Made by a program: the position numbers and the translations under genes. From a virus (Duplodnaviria > Caudoviricetes): a stretch of DNA of 64,000 nt. Below are positions 10,153-18,788 of the stretch, one piece after another (the stretch's first letter is position 1; each line of letters starts with the position of its first letter). The stretch lies in IMG/VR virus record IMGVR_UViG_3300042970_000025; one strand, given 5' to 3'. The notes beneath the pieces are model-generated. The model had not been told where the DNA came from, searched no databases, and saw only the letters and a list, made by a program, of their open reading frames with translations.

Positions 10153-11937
10153 TCAGCAGATCCCTTTCCGGTACGTAACCTCCGCCTTCGTACCGCCGCC
10201 TTCGTGGGTCAGCGTGATGGTTTCAATCGTGCAGGTTTCAACGTTTCCATCCAAGCGATGAAAGGAAAAGATGTCTCTAGGCTGCATCCTGGGATCACCT
10301 TTAAATGTGAAGGAGCCGGTGATGTTTGACCGGCTGAAGAGATACGCATAGTCTGGGTAAAGCAGCGTCGTTCCGCCGTAGATTTTCCCGTGCGCTATCG
10401 GATCAACGGACACTGCGCTTCCTGGGCGTTTTCCAGAATGGATGATGGCAGACTGTTCTTTTGTCAGCGTGACTTCTTTTCCTTTTACAACGCACTGATT
10501 CAGTTTCTTTGTAACCGTCCGATAAATCGGTTGTCCCTTCTTTTTCCCGGTCTTGTAGCGTTTCTTTGTCTTCTCTTTTACCTTCTTGGAAACCGTAGAT
10601 TTCTTTGCGGTCCAGACGATCCGGTTTGCGGTGGCGAGAACAGACTTCGCATTGCTTACGGTAAGGTACCACCAGTAGCCGTCCGGATTATGGGAATAGC
10701 CTTCATTCGTCTTTACGCTTTTGGTTTCAAGCGTGACGAGCTTTTGCGATCGGACCGCCTTTGACAGAAGGCCATAGTCAGAATCCGTCTGTATCTTTGC
10801 GATGTTTCTCTCCACGCTCCGCACGACGTCACCGCAGTCCTCTTCGTAGATGTCCCATTTCTTCACTGGTTTGCTCCAGGTGACAGAAGGAATCCCGGCA
10901 TCTACGAAAGCAGGCCAGAAAGATCCGTTATGAGACAGGTTCATGATATCTGCGATGATCTCACGGGAAGACTGCTCGTCAAAGATCAGTGTATAAGGAG
11001 AAGTATTGCTGTTTGTTCCTGGAGCAGTTTCCCGAGAGATAAGCTTTACTCCGGCATCGGTGATGAACTTGATGAACCGGTTGTAGAGCGTCCTTCTTCC
11101 GTTTCCTCCCGTAGAGTTTAAGACCTGAGAAATGTTATTCTTCTCCTCAAGCTTTGCGCTCATGTCTTCTCCCTTGATCGTGATGACGTTGTTTTCCATC
11201 GAGGCTTTCTCTGACAAGTAGAAGGATCGGACCTTGGAATAATCGCCTTCGTATCCGCTGTAGTACCAGACCGGAACATCATCACCGACATTGCTGATGG
11301 CTTCGGAAATGTCATCTGGCCAGTAAGCCTGAATCTCAATTTCAGACACCTGCCAGGAAGGACTGACGATGGATAGATCGGACCGTAAGGCAAGCGTGCA
11401 GGACACCAAGTTTTCATTGTTAAATTCTAAGGTAATTCCAGGCGTGATCGAAGCAATCTCAATCCGGCTTGCTTCATCAAGGCTTTTAGCAGATAGCGTA
11501 ATGGATGTTCCATTGACCGGGATGACTACAATCCGGCCTGCTGCGTAGTCAATTCCGTTTGCGGTAATTGTGCCAGCCGCATCAGAGGTGACGGCGATGG
11601 TAAGTGCGGCAATATCGGTTTTCGCATTCACGGTAACGGTGAGTGTTTTTCCAAGTTCAGACCGCAGACCGAGCTTTCCATTTTCCAGACTTCCCGTTAA
11701 GGCTGGATCATAGAGACTGCAGCTTCCGTCTAGCAAAAACCCACCTCCGGAAAGGTCCGTAAGTGTTCGCATGTCCCAGTGTTCATTGTCCAAAGCCTCA
11801 GAAGCGTTGGAGTCAGTGATGGCTCCGGTGATGCCGGAGAAAGTGAGATCCACTTTTGTATCCCTTCCGGACAGACCGCAGTGGACTTCAAACGGCGTCC
11901 GGATGGATTTTCTGTTTTCTTCATCAATCGTGGGCAT
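10153..11937 (-). CDS. Tail/baseplate hub-like protein
   Basis: 594 aa following the distal-tail gene; C-terminal KGDPRMQPRD motif. Confidence 0.6.
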   Translation of the reverse strand: MPTIDEENRKSIRTPFEVHCGLSGRDTKVDLTFSGITGAITDSNASEALDNEHWDMRTLTDLSGGGFLLDGSCSLYDPALTGSLENGKLGLRSELGKTLTVTVNAKTDIAALTIAVTSDAAGTITANGIDYAAGRIVVIPVNGTSITLSAKSLDEASRIEIASITPGITLEFNNENLVSCTLALRSDLSIVSPSWQVSEIEIQAYWPDDISEAISNVGDDVPVWYYSGYEGDYSKVRSFYLSEKASMENNVITIKGEDMSAKLEEKNNISQVLNSTGGNGRRTLYNRFIKFITDAGVKLISRETAPGTNSNTSPYTLIFDEQSSREIIADIMNLSHNGSFWPAFVDAGIPSVTWSKPVKKWDIYEEDCGDVVRSVERNIAKIQTDSDYGLLSKAVRSQKLVTLETKSVKTNEGYSHNPDGYWWYLTVSNAKSVLATANRIVWTAKKSTVSKKVKEKTKKRYKTGKKKGQPIYRTVTKKLNQCVVKGKEVTLTKEQSAIIHSGKRPGSAVSVDPIAHGKIYGGTTLLYPDYAYLFSRSNITGSFTFKGDPRMQPRDIFSFHRLDGNVETCTIETITLTHEGGGTKAEVTYRKGIC

Positions 11938-12295
11938 CTAAAAATCTCACCTCGACTTTCACATCACTCCAGACCGGATTTCCATCTGCTCCTGTGGATC
12001 TTGTCGCTGTACTGACAGCGGATGATCGGACGATTCGTTCTGTATGGGAGATGCCATCCGCATCCGTAAAGGTAATCGTGCATTCTCCCTGCATGGAAAG
12101 AAGTGCCTCAAGCTGTTCCTGCGGAAGGGTATCCCACTCAAGAGTCATATCCGAATATTTCCATCCGATCCGGTCTGCGATGGTCTTTCCGGTGCAGGTC
12201 GTGATCTCCGCAGCATACAGGTCTTCTCTTTGAGGAGAAAAATCTTCTGGGCGCAGGATGTCTGTACCATTGATCTTTATCGTGCTGTAAATCAT
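11924..12295 (-). CDS. Distal tail-like protein
   Basis: Directly after the tape measure gene; 123 aa beta-rich, RT.TG....DR motif. Confidence 0.55.
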   Translation of the reverse strand: MIYSTIKINGTDILRPEDFSPQREDLYAAEITTCTGKTIADRIGWKYSDMTLEWDTLPQEQLEALLSMQGECTITFTDADGISHTERIVRSSAVSTATRSTGADGNPVWSDVKVEVRFLDAHD

Positions 12296-14736
12296 CAGCC
12301 GAGCCTCCTTTTATACGTGTCATAGGCATGCACGATCTCTTCACCCATCTTCGGGCCGTTCTTAAACAGGTAGACGTCCAGGTGGATATCAGAACCTGTT
12401 TCGCCGCTTAAGGCGATCCGGTTAGCGGTAAGAACGGCATTCGCCACGTCGTTTCCAACACCGGCTACAGCAGTACGAATCATGCTCATCAGGGACTCTG
12501 TTCCAACGACGGTTTCAGATCCGGCTTCACCTCCTGCAAGAAGGCTCTCCGATGATGCACCGAAGATGGTTGGACCGTTAAGGATCATGCCGTTCTTCAT
12601 GGCTTTTGCGTACCAGTCCACGGAAAATTTTGGAAGCGATCCTTTTCCTCCGATGCCAAATGGTGCCTTTCCCCCCTGCACATGGATGTGCGGGAGACGA
12701 AGATTACTGAAAATGTTCCCAATTCGCAAAGGAAAGAAGCTGCGGATTGCATTTAAGATGCCTCGGATCCTGTCCCTTGCAGAATTGATCGGTGTCAGCA
12801 TCGCAGACTTGATGCCGTTCCAGACGCGCGAGGTCGTGGACCGAATCGCCGTCCAGGCTGAGGTAACTGCAGACCGGATCGCCCGTACAGGTGAAAGAAC
12901 GGCTGCCTTGATTGCACCCCAGGTGGTGACTGCGAGCTTTCTGATTCCGCCCCAGACCTTTGCGGTGAATGCTCGGATGCTGCTCCAGATTGCGATGATC
13001 CCATTTCTGAACTTTGCATTCGTCTTCCAGAGGTAAATGAACGTACCTGCAAGAAGAGCCACTGCTGCAATCACAAGCCCCACCGGATTTGCAAGCATAA
13101 CAGCATTTAACGCGGCCATGCCTGTTCGAACCAGTTTGACCGCGGCTACAATCTTTGGCGCAAGAGTCATAAGCGTTCCTACGCCTGCAGCTATTTTTCC
13201 GATGATGATCAGTACCGGACCGATAGCGGCGACGATTCCGATCAGGGTGAGGACGATTCTCTGCACTGCCGGGTTCATGTTCATAATCGCATTCATGGTG
13301 GAAATGAGCTGAGTAAAGAACTTCTGAAGCACCGGTGCAAGCATCTGGCCGATAGTAACGACCAGCACGTCAAAGGTGGATTTCAGCTGCTCAATGGTTC
13401 CTCCGGTACCTGACATCAGGGCCTTGGACATTTTTCCAGCGGACCCTCCCGCATCGTCTAAAGCGTTTCGCAGGGAGCTGACGTCTTTCGGAGAGGTTTG
13501 GATCAGGGTCAGCCACTTGGACATCTGCTCTTTTCCAAAGATATTAGAAGCGGCTTCCAGTTTTTCCTGATCAGAAAGGCCGGAGAAGGCTTTGTTCAGG
13601 TTCTTTAAGACATTCGGCATGGATTTGAGCGTTCCGTTGTCGTTAAAGATGGAGTAAGTTTGGCCGGTGGATAATTTCAGCTGGTCCATAGCGGCTGCTC
13701 CAGACTTGGCAGGGGAGGCTAGCCGGGCAAGACCAGTCTTTAAGGCGTTCGCACCTTCAGAACCAGAGATACCGGCATTTCCAAACACGTCCGTGATGGT
13801 CGCTAAGTCCTTTACATCCCATCCGACCGTCTTACAGATCGGGCCTGCAACAGAAATTGCTTGGAATAATTCCGAGGTGTTGGTGTTCGCTTGCGCCTGA
13901 GCCTTTGCCAAAATGTCTGAGTAGGAGGCAGCTTCTGAAGAGTTCGCTCCAAACATCTTCATCGCGTTTCCAAGGCCGGATGTCACTTCAGAAAGATCTG
14001 TACCGGTGCCTGCAGCAAGGTTCATGGCAGGAGTCAGCATATCTGTCGCCTGCTTGGCCGTAAAGCCCTGGCGGGCAAAGTTCAGCGTGGCGTCTGCAGC
14101 GTCCTGCATCCCAAAGACAGAAGCCTTGGCGGACTCGCCGATCTGGTTCCACAGTCCCTTAAAATCTTCGGCAGAGTTTGCTGTACTTCCCATTGTCTGC
14201 TTGACCAGGTTAAACTGCTTGTCGACATTGCCGTAGGAGTTGACCGCAGCAGTCGCACCGGCGACGACAGGCGCGGTGAAGCCGACCGTCATCTTTTCAC
14301 CGGCATCAGACATCTTCTCACCGACAGACTTTACCTTTTCACCAGCGGCGGCAATCCTCTGTGAAGAGACGGACCCGAAGCTCTTGGACTCTTTTTCCAG
14401 GCTCTTAAGTTTAGACTCTGTCTCGGCAATCTCACGCTGGAGGGCGTCATACTTGTCTTTACCGAGACTTCCGTTTTCCATCTGCTGCTTGGCCTGGACC
14501 TGGGCATTCTTTAATCCTTCGAGCTTCTCTTTCGTCGCATCGATGGATGATTTCAGCAGCTTCTGCTTCTGGGTAAGGAGCGTGGTGTTCTTCGGGTCAA
14601 GCTTCAGGAGCTTGTTTACATCCTTGAGGGAAGACTGGGTGGTGCGGATCGTGCTGTTCACGGATTTCAGCGCTTTTTCAAGACCGGTGGTATCACCTCC
14701 GATCTCTACGGTTATTCCTTTGATCCTGCTCGCCAT
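12295..14736 (-). CDS. Tail tape measure protein
   Basis: MASRIKGITVEIGGDTTGL N-terminus, TP901-type core, W-spaced repeats, LPKFSVDWYAKAM..G.I. Confidence 0.95.
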   Translation of the reverse strand: MASRIKGITVEIGGDTTGLEKALKSVNSTIRTTQSSLKDVNKLLKLDPKNTTLLTQKQKLLKSSIDATKEKLEGLKNAQVQAKQQMENGSLGKDKYDALQREIAETESKLKSLEKESKSFGSVSSQRIAAAGEKVKSVGEKMSDAGEKMTVGFTAPVVAGATAAVNSYGNVDKQFNLVKQTMGSTANSAEDFKGLWNQIGESAKASVFGMQDAADATLNFARQGFTAKQATDMLTPAMNLAAGTGTDLSEVTSGLGNAMKMFGANSSEAASYSDILAKAQAQANTNTSELFQAISVAGPICKTVGWDVKDLATITDVFGNAGISGSEGANALKTGLARLASPAKSGAAAMDQLKLSTGQTYSIFNDNGTLKSMPNVLKNLNKAFSGLSDQEKLEAASNIFGKEQMSKWLTLIQTSPKDVSSLRNALDDAGGSAGKMSKALMSGTGGTIEQLKSTFDVLVVTIGQMLAPVLQKFFTQLISTMNAIMNMNPAVQRIVLTLIGIVAAIGPVLIIIGKIAAGVGTLMTLAPKIVAAVKLVRTGMAALNAVMLANPVGLVIAAVALLAGTFIYLWKTNAKFRNGIIAIWSSIRAFTAKVWGGIRKLAVTTWGAIKAAVLSPVRAIRSAVTSAWTAIRSTTSRVWNGIKSAMLTPINSARDRIRGILNAIRSFFPLRIGNIFSNLRLPHIHVQGGKAPFGIGGKGSLPKFSVDWYAKAMKNGMILNGPTIFGASSESLLAGGEAGSETVVGTESLMSMIRTAVAGVGNDVANAVLTANRIALSGETGSDIHLDVYLFKNGPKMGEEIVHAYDTYKRRLG

Positions 14737-14759
14737 TGATTTTCACCTCCTTCAGGGCA

Positions 14760-14790
14760 AAATAAAAGCACCTCCGAAGAGATGCTTTAA
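14760..14790 (-). terminator. Terminator of the moron inside the late operon
   Basis: Minus strand aaagcatctc TTCG gaggtgcttttattt. Confidence 0.75.
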
Positions 14791-14803
14791 ACCCATAATG
14801 ATG

Positions 14804-14980
14804 TTAGTCTATACGTTCCCACCTTGGGTGGTGCTTACCATCCGGACTACTAACACATTTACCACTAGGCATTGGTGGATTCATGGAAGGAGCTCCGCTG
14901 TAATCCAGTCTTCTTTGTCCAGCGGGATTAGATTTCCCACAAAAGATACAAACACTTTTCCATAAGATTTGATTTGCCAT
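14804..14980 (-). CDS. Small 58-aa Cys/His protein (moron, absent from ORF track)
   Basis: MANQILWKSVCIFCGKSNPAGQRRLDYSGAPSMNPPMPSGKCVSSPDGKHHPRWERID*. Purine-rich RBS (ggaaagaaggg), own promoter and terminator. Confidence 0.75.
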   Translation of the reverse strand: MANQILWKSVCIFCGKSNPAGQRRLDYSGAPSMNPPMPSGKCVSSPDGKHHPRWERID

Positions 14981-15023
14981 TACTACCCTTCTTTCCTAAA
15001 TAACACGAAATATTTTCAATTTC

Positions 15024-15057
15024 ATGGTACCCCCCCCCCCCCCGGGTATTCTGTCAA
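15024..15057 (-). promoter_or_regulatory. Sigma70-type promoter with poly-G (G14) spacer tract
   Basis: Minus strand TTGACA-gaataccc-G14-TACCAT. Spacer currently 22 nt. Confidence 0.65.
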
Positions 15058-15099
15058 GAGTAATTTTCATACTATTCCATTCTCTTATCTATTGGGTAC

Positions 15100-15294
15100 C
15101 TAAAACCGGTCAAAATCTTCCTGAGTCGCGACTCTACGGTATTTCACGCTGTCATTTGCTTTCTCTGTCCAGATGTCTAAGACAAGCCCAATGGAAAGAA
15201 GGTCCAGGTCGCGGATGGAGATTCCAATTTCTGTGCAGCGCAGAAGAAAAAGCGGGGTGGTCATTTCCCGCTCACTTCTGCGCGTCCTTTTTTT
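15100..15294 (-). CDS. Tail assembly chaperone C-terminal extension (GT-like, -1 frame)
   Basis: Frame ...KKRTRRSEREMTTPLFLLRC...QEDFDRF overlaps the chaperone end and is reached by -1 slip at A AAA AAA. Confidence 0.7.
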   Translation of the reverse strand, partial: KKRTRRSEREMTTPLFLLRCTEIGISIRDLDLLSIGLVLDIWTEKANDSVKYRRVATQEDFDRF

Positions 15295-15635
15295 GCCTGC
15301 ACATCTGTCACAAGGTTGCTTCCCCAGAGCTCTAAGATCTCCGGAAGCACCTGGTAGATGGAAAACATCTCGAACTGGTCGAGCCATTCGTCGATGGTCT
15401 TTGGAATCGTCGGATCCGCATGATAAGCCATGATGTAGGCGACGTTTTCAAAAATCTCAAGGTCGTCGATTTCAAGCTCTTCAGAATCTGTCGCTTTAGC
15501 CCGGTAGGATTTTTCGAGCTTCGACAGGTCCTTAAAGATGTCCCGCTTGAATTTGAGCCGGTAAATACGTGGAATTGCAGCAGACGAGCGGAACGTGACC
15601 GGTTTTCCGCTGATCTCGATTGTCTTTTCAAGCAT
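15261..15635 (-). CDS. Tail assembly chaperone (G-like)
   Basis: Between major tail and tape measure genes; IPRIYRLKF.RDI, EWLDQFEMFSIY. Confidence 0.85.
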   Translation of the reverse strand: MLEKTIEISGKPVTFRSSAAIPRIYRLKFKRDIFKDLSKLEKSYRAKATDSEELEIDDLEIFENVAYIMAYHADPTIPKTIDEWLDQFEMFSIYQVLPEILELWGSNLVTDVQAKKGRAEVSGK

Positions 15636-15647
15636 ATCCTGCCTCCT

Positions 15648-16268
15648 TTACTTTCCACTTGTCGATGTCGATGCCGAAGTTGAAGACGTGGATGCAGCCG
15701 TCTCCGTCGGAAGATAGACGGCCTTGTACCAGTTGTCATAGGCAGTTGTATCCGTCGTGTCACCTGATCTTGCTTTTACCAGCCCATCGGAACGTGGGTC
15801 TGCGGTGATGGAGAGCTTCTCTGTGCCAGGCTCAATGGTATCTTCCTTGGTTTCTGATTCCAGGGATGGTCTTGATGCGGTGCAGTAATAGAGTACGTGC
15901 CGAATAGAACGGACGTCTCCGTCAAACTCAAAGAGCAGCGCGAACTTCACCGTGTCACTAAGGCCGCTCTTTTCCACCAGCACGCCTTTGTCGTCCAGCA
16001 CCTCCTGCAGAATCTCTGTCCGAAACCACTCCGGAATCAGGGCGATCTCAAGATCACCGGAGTATCCGTTATTTGTAACGGAGCGGAAGTAGACGATGCC
16101 ATCTGCATAGAATGCTTTTGTCTCTCCCTCAGCATCCAGGCTGATGGATACGGCACCAGGGATCGCTTTTGGCGTATCGTAGGTAAAGGTGGTGACGCCG
16201 TCTTTAACAGTCTCCGTCAGCTTTGCCGCGTAGACATTCTTTAGATTATATTTGACTTTGTTTCCCAT
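15648..16268 (-). CDS. Major tail protein (phi13 family)
   Basis: NKVKYNLKNV, PGAVSISLD, FYADGIVY, NNGYSGDLEIA, FALLFEFDGD. Confidence 0.92.
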   Translation of the reverse strand: MGNKVKYNLKNVYAAKLTETVKDGVTTFTYDTPKAIPGAVSISLDAEGETKAFYADGIVYFRSVTNNGYSGDLEIALIPEWFRTEILQEVLDDKGVLVEKSGLSDTVKFALLFEFDGDVRSIRHVLYYCTASRPSLESETKEDTIEPGTEKLSITADPRSDGLVKARSGDTTDTTAYDNWYKAVYLPTETAASTSSTSASTSTSGK

Positions 16269-16591
16269 ATTGCTTGATCCTCCATTTCAAAAATGTAGAG
16301 CACCTCAAAAAGTTGCTCGGTTTCGATCCAGACTTCGGACTTGCTGTAGAAGATGTCGTTATCATCTAAGGCGTCCTCGATCATTTTCTCAGAAGCAAGA
16401 TCCTTCCTATCCGTGTACAGCTCGAGGTGAATTTCGCTGATCTTTAAATACGTACTTCCATCTGCAGAAAAAGGATCACTCTGGGAGGTCATCCAGCAGA
16501 GGAACGGGGGAGCAGGTGAGTCTCCCTCAGCAAAATGATCATAGGCAAAGGGAATTCCTGTTTTTTCTAACAATGAGGTGATACCATTCAT
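16241..16591 (-). CDS. Tail terminator/completion protein
   Basis: PFAYDHF...ADG..Y....ELYTD.KD; position in neck module. Confidence 0.75.
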   Translation of the reverse strand: MNGITSLLEKTGIPFAYDHFAEGDSPAPPFLCWMTSQSDPFSADGSTYLKISEIHLELYTDRKDLASEKMIEDALDDNDIFYSKSEVWIETEQLFEVLYIFEMEDQAIWETKSNII

Positions 16592-16968
16592 TTTTCGATT
16601 CCCTTTCTGATCATATTTTCTAGCTGTTTTTCTCCTCGTTCTTCAGCTGGAGCGATATGTGGCCTTGCTGCGACTCTTCCTCCGCCGCGTTTTGCATGGC
16701 CATGCTCTAACAGATGCGCAAGCTGGTAGCGGTTCCTCGAATAGACCGTGACCTGAAGAGAAGTTGAGGTCTCCTTCGTTGTTTTTACAGACCAGCTCTT
16801 TGCGTAAGCGCCTGTCCTTTTTGGAGCAGCATCAGAGATATCCTTACGGACAGACTTTCCGGTTTTCTTGACCGCATCCTTTACAGATTCTGAGGTGGAT
16901 TTTGCGTATTCCTTTAGCTCTTTGTTGATCGCATCCGCAAGACCATCAACCGTTACTTTCTGACTCAT
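16588..16968 (-). CDS. HK97 gp10-family tail component
   Basis: APKRTG.Y.KSW, HLLEHGHAKRGGGRV..RPHI.PA. Confidence 0.88.
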   Translation of the reverse strand: MSQKVTVDGLADAINKELKEYAKSTSESVKDAVKKTGKSVRKDISDAAPKRTGAYAKSWSVKTTKETSTSLQVTVYSRNRYQLAHLLEHGHAKRGGGRVAARPHIAPAEERGEKQLENMIRKGIEK

Positions 16969-17297
16969 GACGTTAATCTCCTGCAGTGAAGCTTGATTGT
17001 TTTTTTCTTAAAGTTCATATGGTCAATGCCTTCGACGTTGTAAATAGAATCCTTGAAGCAGACCCGATATTCCTTAGAATTAACTATTGAAGTTTCTTTG
17101 CACCAGCGGACCGTAAAGTCGATCATGCTTTCATCCCAGGTGACACCTGCAGCCGTTTCTTCTTTTGGTGATTCTGAGCTTATCGTCGCGTAGCAAGAAC
17201 AGTAATCCTTCCATGAGCTGATGCGGTTTCCGATGGCATCAGAAGAAACTTCTGATTTCTGAATCATGATCCGTTCATTTAGAAGTGAAATCTTCAT
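16965..17297 (-). CDS. Head closure (head-tail adaptor) protein
   Basis: LNERI.IQ...D.IGN...W, FTVRW, YNV..ID. Confidence 0.85.
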   Translation of the reverse strand: MKISLLNERIMIQKSEVSSDAIGNRISSWKDYCSCYATISSESPKEETAAGVTWDESMIDFTVRWCKETSIVNSKEYRVCFKDSIYNVEGIDHMNFKKKTIKLHCRRLTS

Positions 17298-17563
17298 TAG
17301 AATTCCGCCTTTCTGTCTCCAAACAGGAGGGCTCGCAGCGTGATGATAAGAGCGTGATGATCGGCTTCTTCTCGGTGTTCATAAAGATAGGCCGCTGCGT
17401 ACATCACAGCGACCTTTGTATTTTCCTGGCTTGGAAGTTCCTCGACTCTTAGAATATCAGCGCAAAGCTTCTCCGAAGATCCGATGATGCTTTTGATCAG
17501 ATCATCGTCTGCATCATCGTCTACACGAAGATAATTCTTCATTTCATCAACCGTTACGATCAC
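17297..17563 (-). CDS. Head-tail connector protein (gp6-like)
   Basis: EMKNYLRVD..DDDLI, YLYEHREEAD. Confidence 0.88.
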   Translation of the reverse strand: MIVTVDEMKNYLRVDDDADDDLIKSIIGSSEKLCADILRVEELPSQENTKVAVMYAAAYLYEHREEADHHALIITLRALLFGDRKAEF

Positions 17564-17580
17564 GCCAATCCCTCCTTAAA

Positions 17581-18774
17581 TTAGGCGCTCTTTACGCCAA
17601 GTGTCTGTACAGCCTCTGGAAGCACAAGCTTACCGTCAACACGTTCTTTTGCCACGTATCCGATCATGCCATTACCCGCAAAAAGCTCGCGGAGTTCCTG
17701 CATGGATCTTGTTCCGCGGTCTCCAATGTTGTAGTAAGAGAAATCTCCGAAAGCAATGGCGCTCTTTCCAGCTTCCAGTCCCGGACAGTAAGCGGAGGTA
17801 AGAACAGAGTATCCGCAGAGTCTGTCCGGCTCTCCAGCCTGATAGGATGGCTGCCAGATGTAGGCGCCGTTTGTATCCTTGAGCTTACGCAGTGATGCAA
17901 GGGTAGAGTCGTTTAAAATGAAACGTGCGTTCTTTCTGTACGGACGCTTCAGGGAATAGATGAGGGTCAGCACATCATCCGTGCTTATCTTCACATTGTC
18001 AAGCGTAACGGCTTTCTCGCCGCCACCAGTCTCTGCGAAGATTCCGAGCGGTTTGCCGGTTCCATCGCCGTTCAGAAAGGCGTCTTCTTCTGCGTTTCCG
18101 ATAGCTTTTCCAAACTGGTCGATGATGTAACCTTCCAGATTGAATGCATTGTCGTAGAGCAGTTCCTCGGTGACTTTGATTGCTACATGGAGCTTATGCG
18201 CGTCCAGCACGATCTGATCGAAAGTGGCGTCTCCAAAAGTCAGTGCTCCGCCTTCCTCAATCCATGCAGCAGCTGGTTTTGTTCCTGCGATATTGATTTT
18301 ATGCTCTCCGGAAGTAGTGATGGTGGTGGCAAGGCCACGGAAGATGTTCTCTTCCTCCAGTTTGTCAATCAGGCGGCTGTCCCATTCCTCTGGGACGAGG
18401 TATCCGCCGTTTGCATCGTTTCCTTCCTCTAAGACATCGGATACCTGATGGAATCCGGTACGCATGGCAGCGATCATCGCTTTCGCATAAGCCTTGGAAG
18501 CGCGGCCATGTTTTTTCACTTCATCCTTCATGCCTGCACCTGGTTTTCCAGTGAGGGGAGAAGCAGTCGGTTTTCCCATCTGCTCCTCGATCACTGCCTG
18601 ACGGTTCAGGCGCTCGATTTCTTTCGTGTAATCGGTGATTTCCTTTTCCATGCGGTCATAGGTCTGGCCATCTTCTGCAGAAAGAAGTCCATCCGTGTTT
18701 CTGTGAGAGTCAAGAAATGCCTTTGCAGCTTCCCAGGCTACAGCTCTTTTGTTCATAAGTTCCTGTAAAGTCAT
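17581..18774 (-). CDS. Major capsid protein (HK97 family)
   Basis: Coiled-coil delta domain, GGYLVPEE, AAWIEEG, FLNGDG.GKP.G, FGDFSYY, ERVDGK. Confidence 0.95.
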   Translation of the reverse strand: MTLQELMNKRAVAWEAAKAFLDSHRNTDGLLSAEDGQTYDRMEKEITDYTKEIERLNRQAVIEEQMGKPTASPLTGKPGAGMKDEVKKHGRASKAYAKAMIAAMRTGFHQVSDVLEEGNDANGGYLVPEEWDSRLIDKLEEENIFRGLATTITTSGEHKINIAGTKPAAAWIEEGGALTFGDATFDQIVLDAHKLHVAIKVTEELLYDNAFNLEGYIIDQFGKAIGNAEEDAFLNGDGTGKPLGIFAETGGGEKAVTLDNVKISTDDVLTLIYSLKRPYRKNARFILNDSTLASLRKLKDTNGAYIWQPSYQAGEPDRLCGYSVLTSAYCPGLEAGKSAIAFGDFSYYNIGDRGTRSMQELRELFAGNGMIGYVAKERVDGKLVLPEAVQTLGVKSA

Positions 18775-18788
18775 AATGTCTGTCCTCC

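Noticed and set aside
14996-15070. Short ORF MKITLDRIPGGGGGTMKLKIFRVI spanning the poly-G tract
   Set aside because: Only 24 codons with a weak RBS; the -35/-10 promoter reading explains the sequence better.
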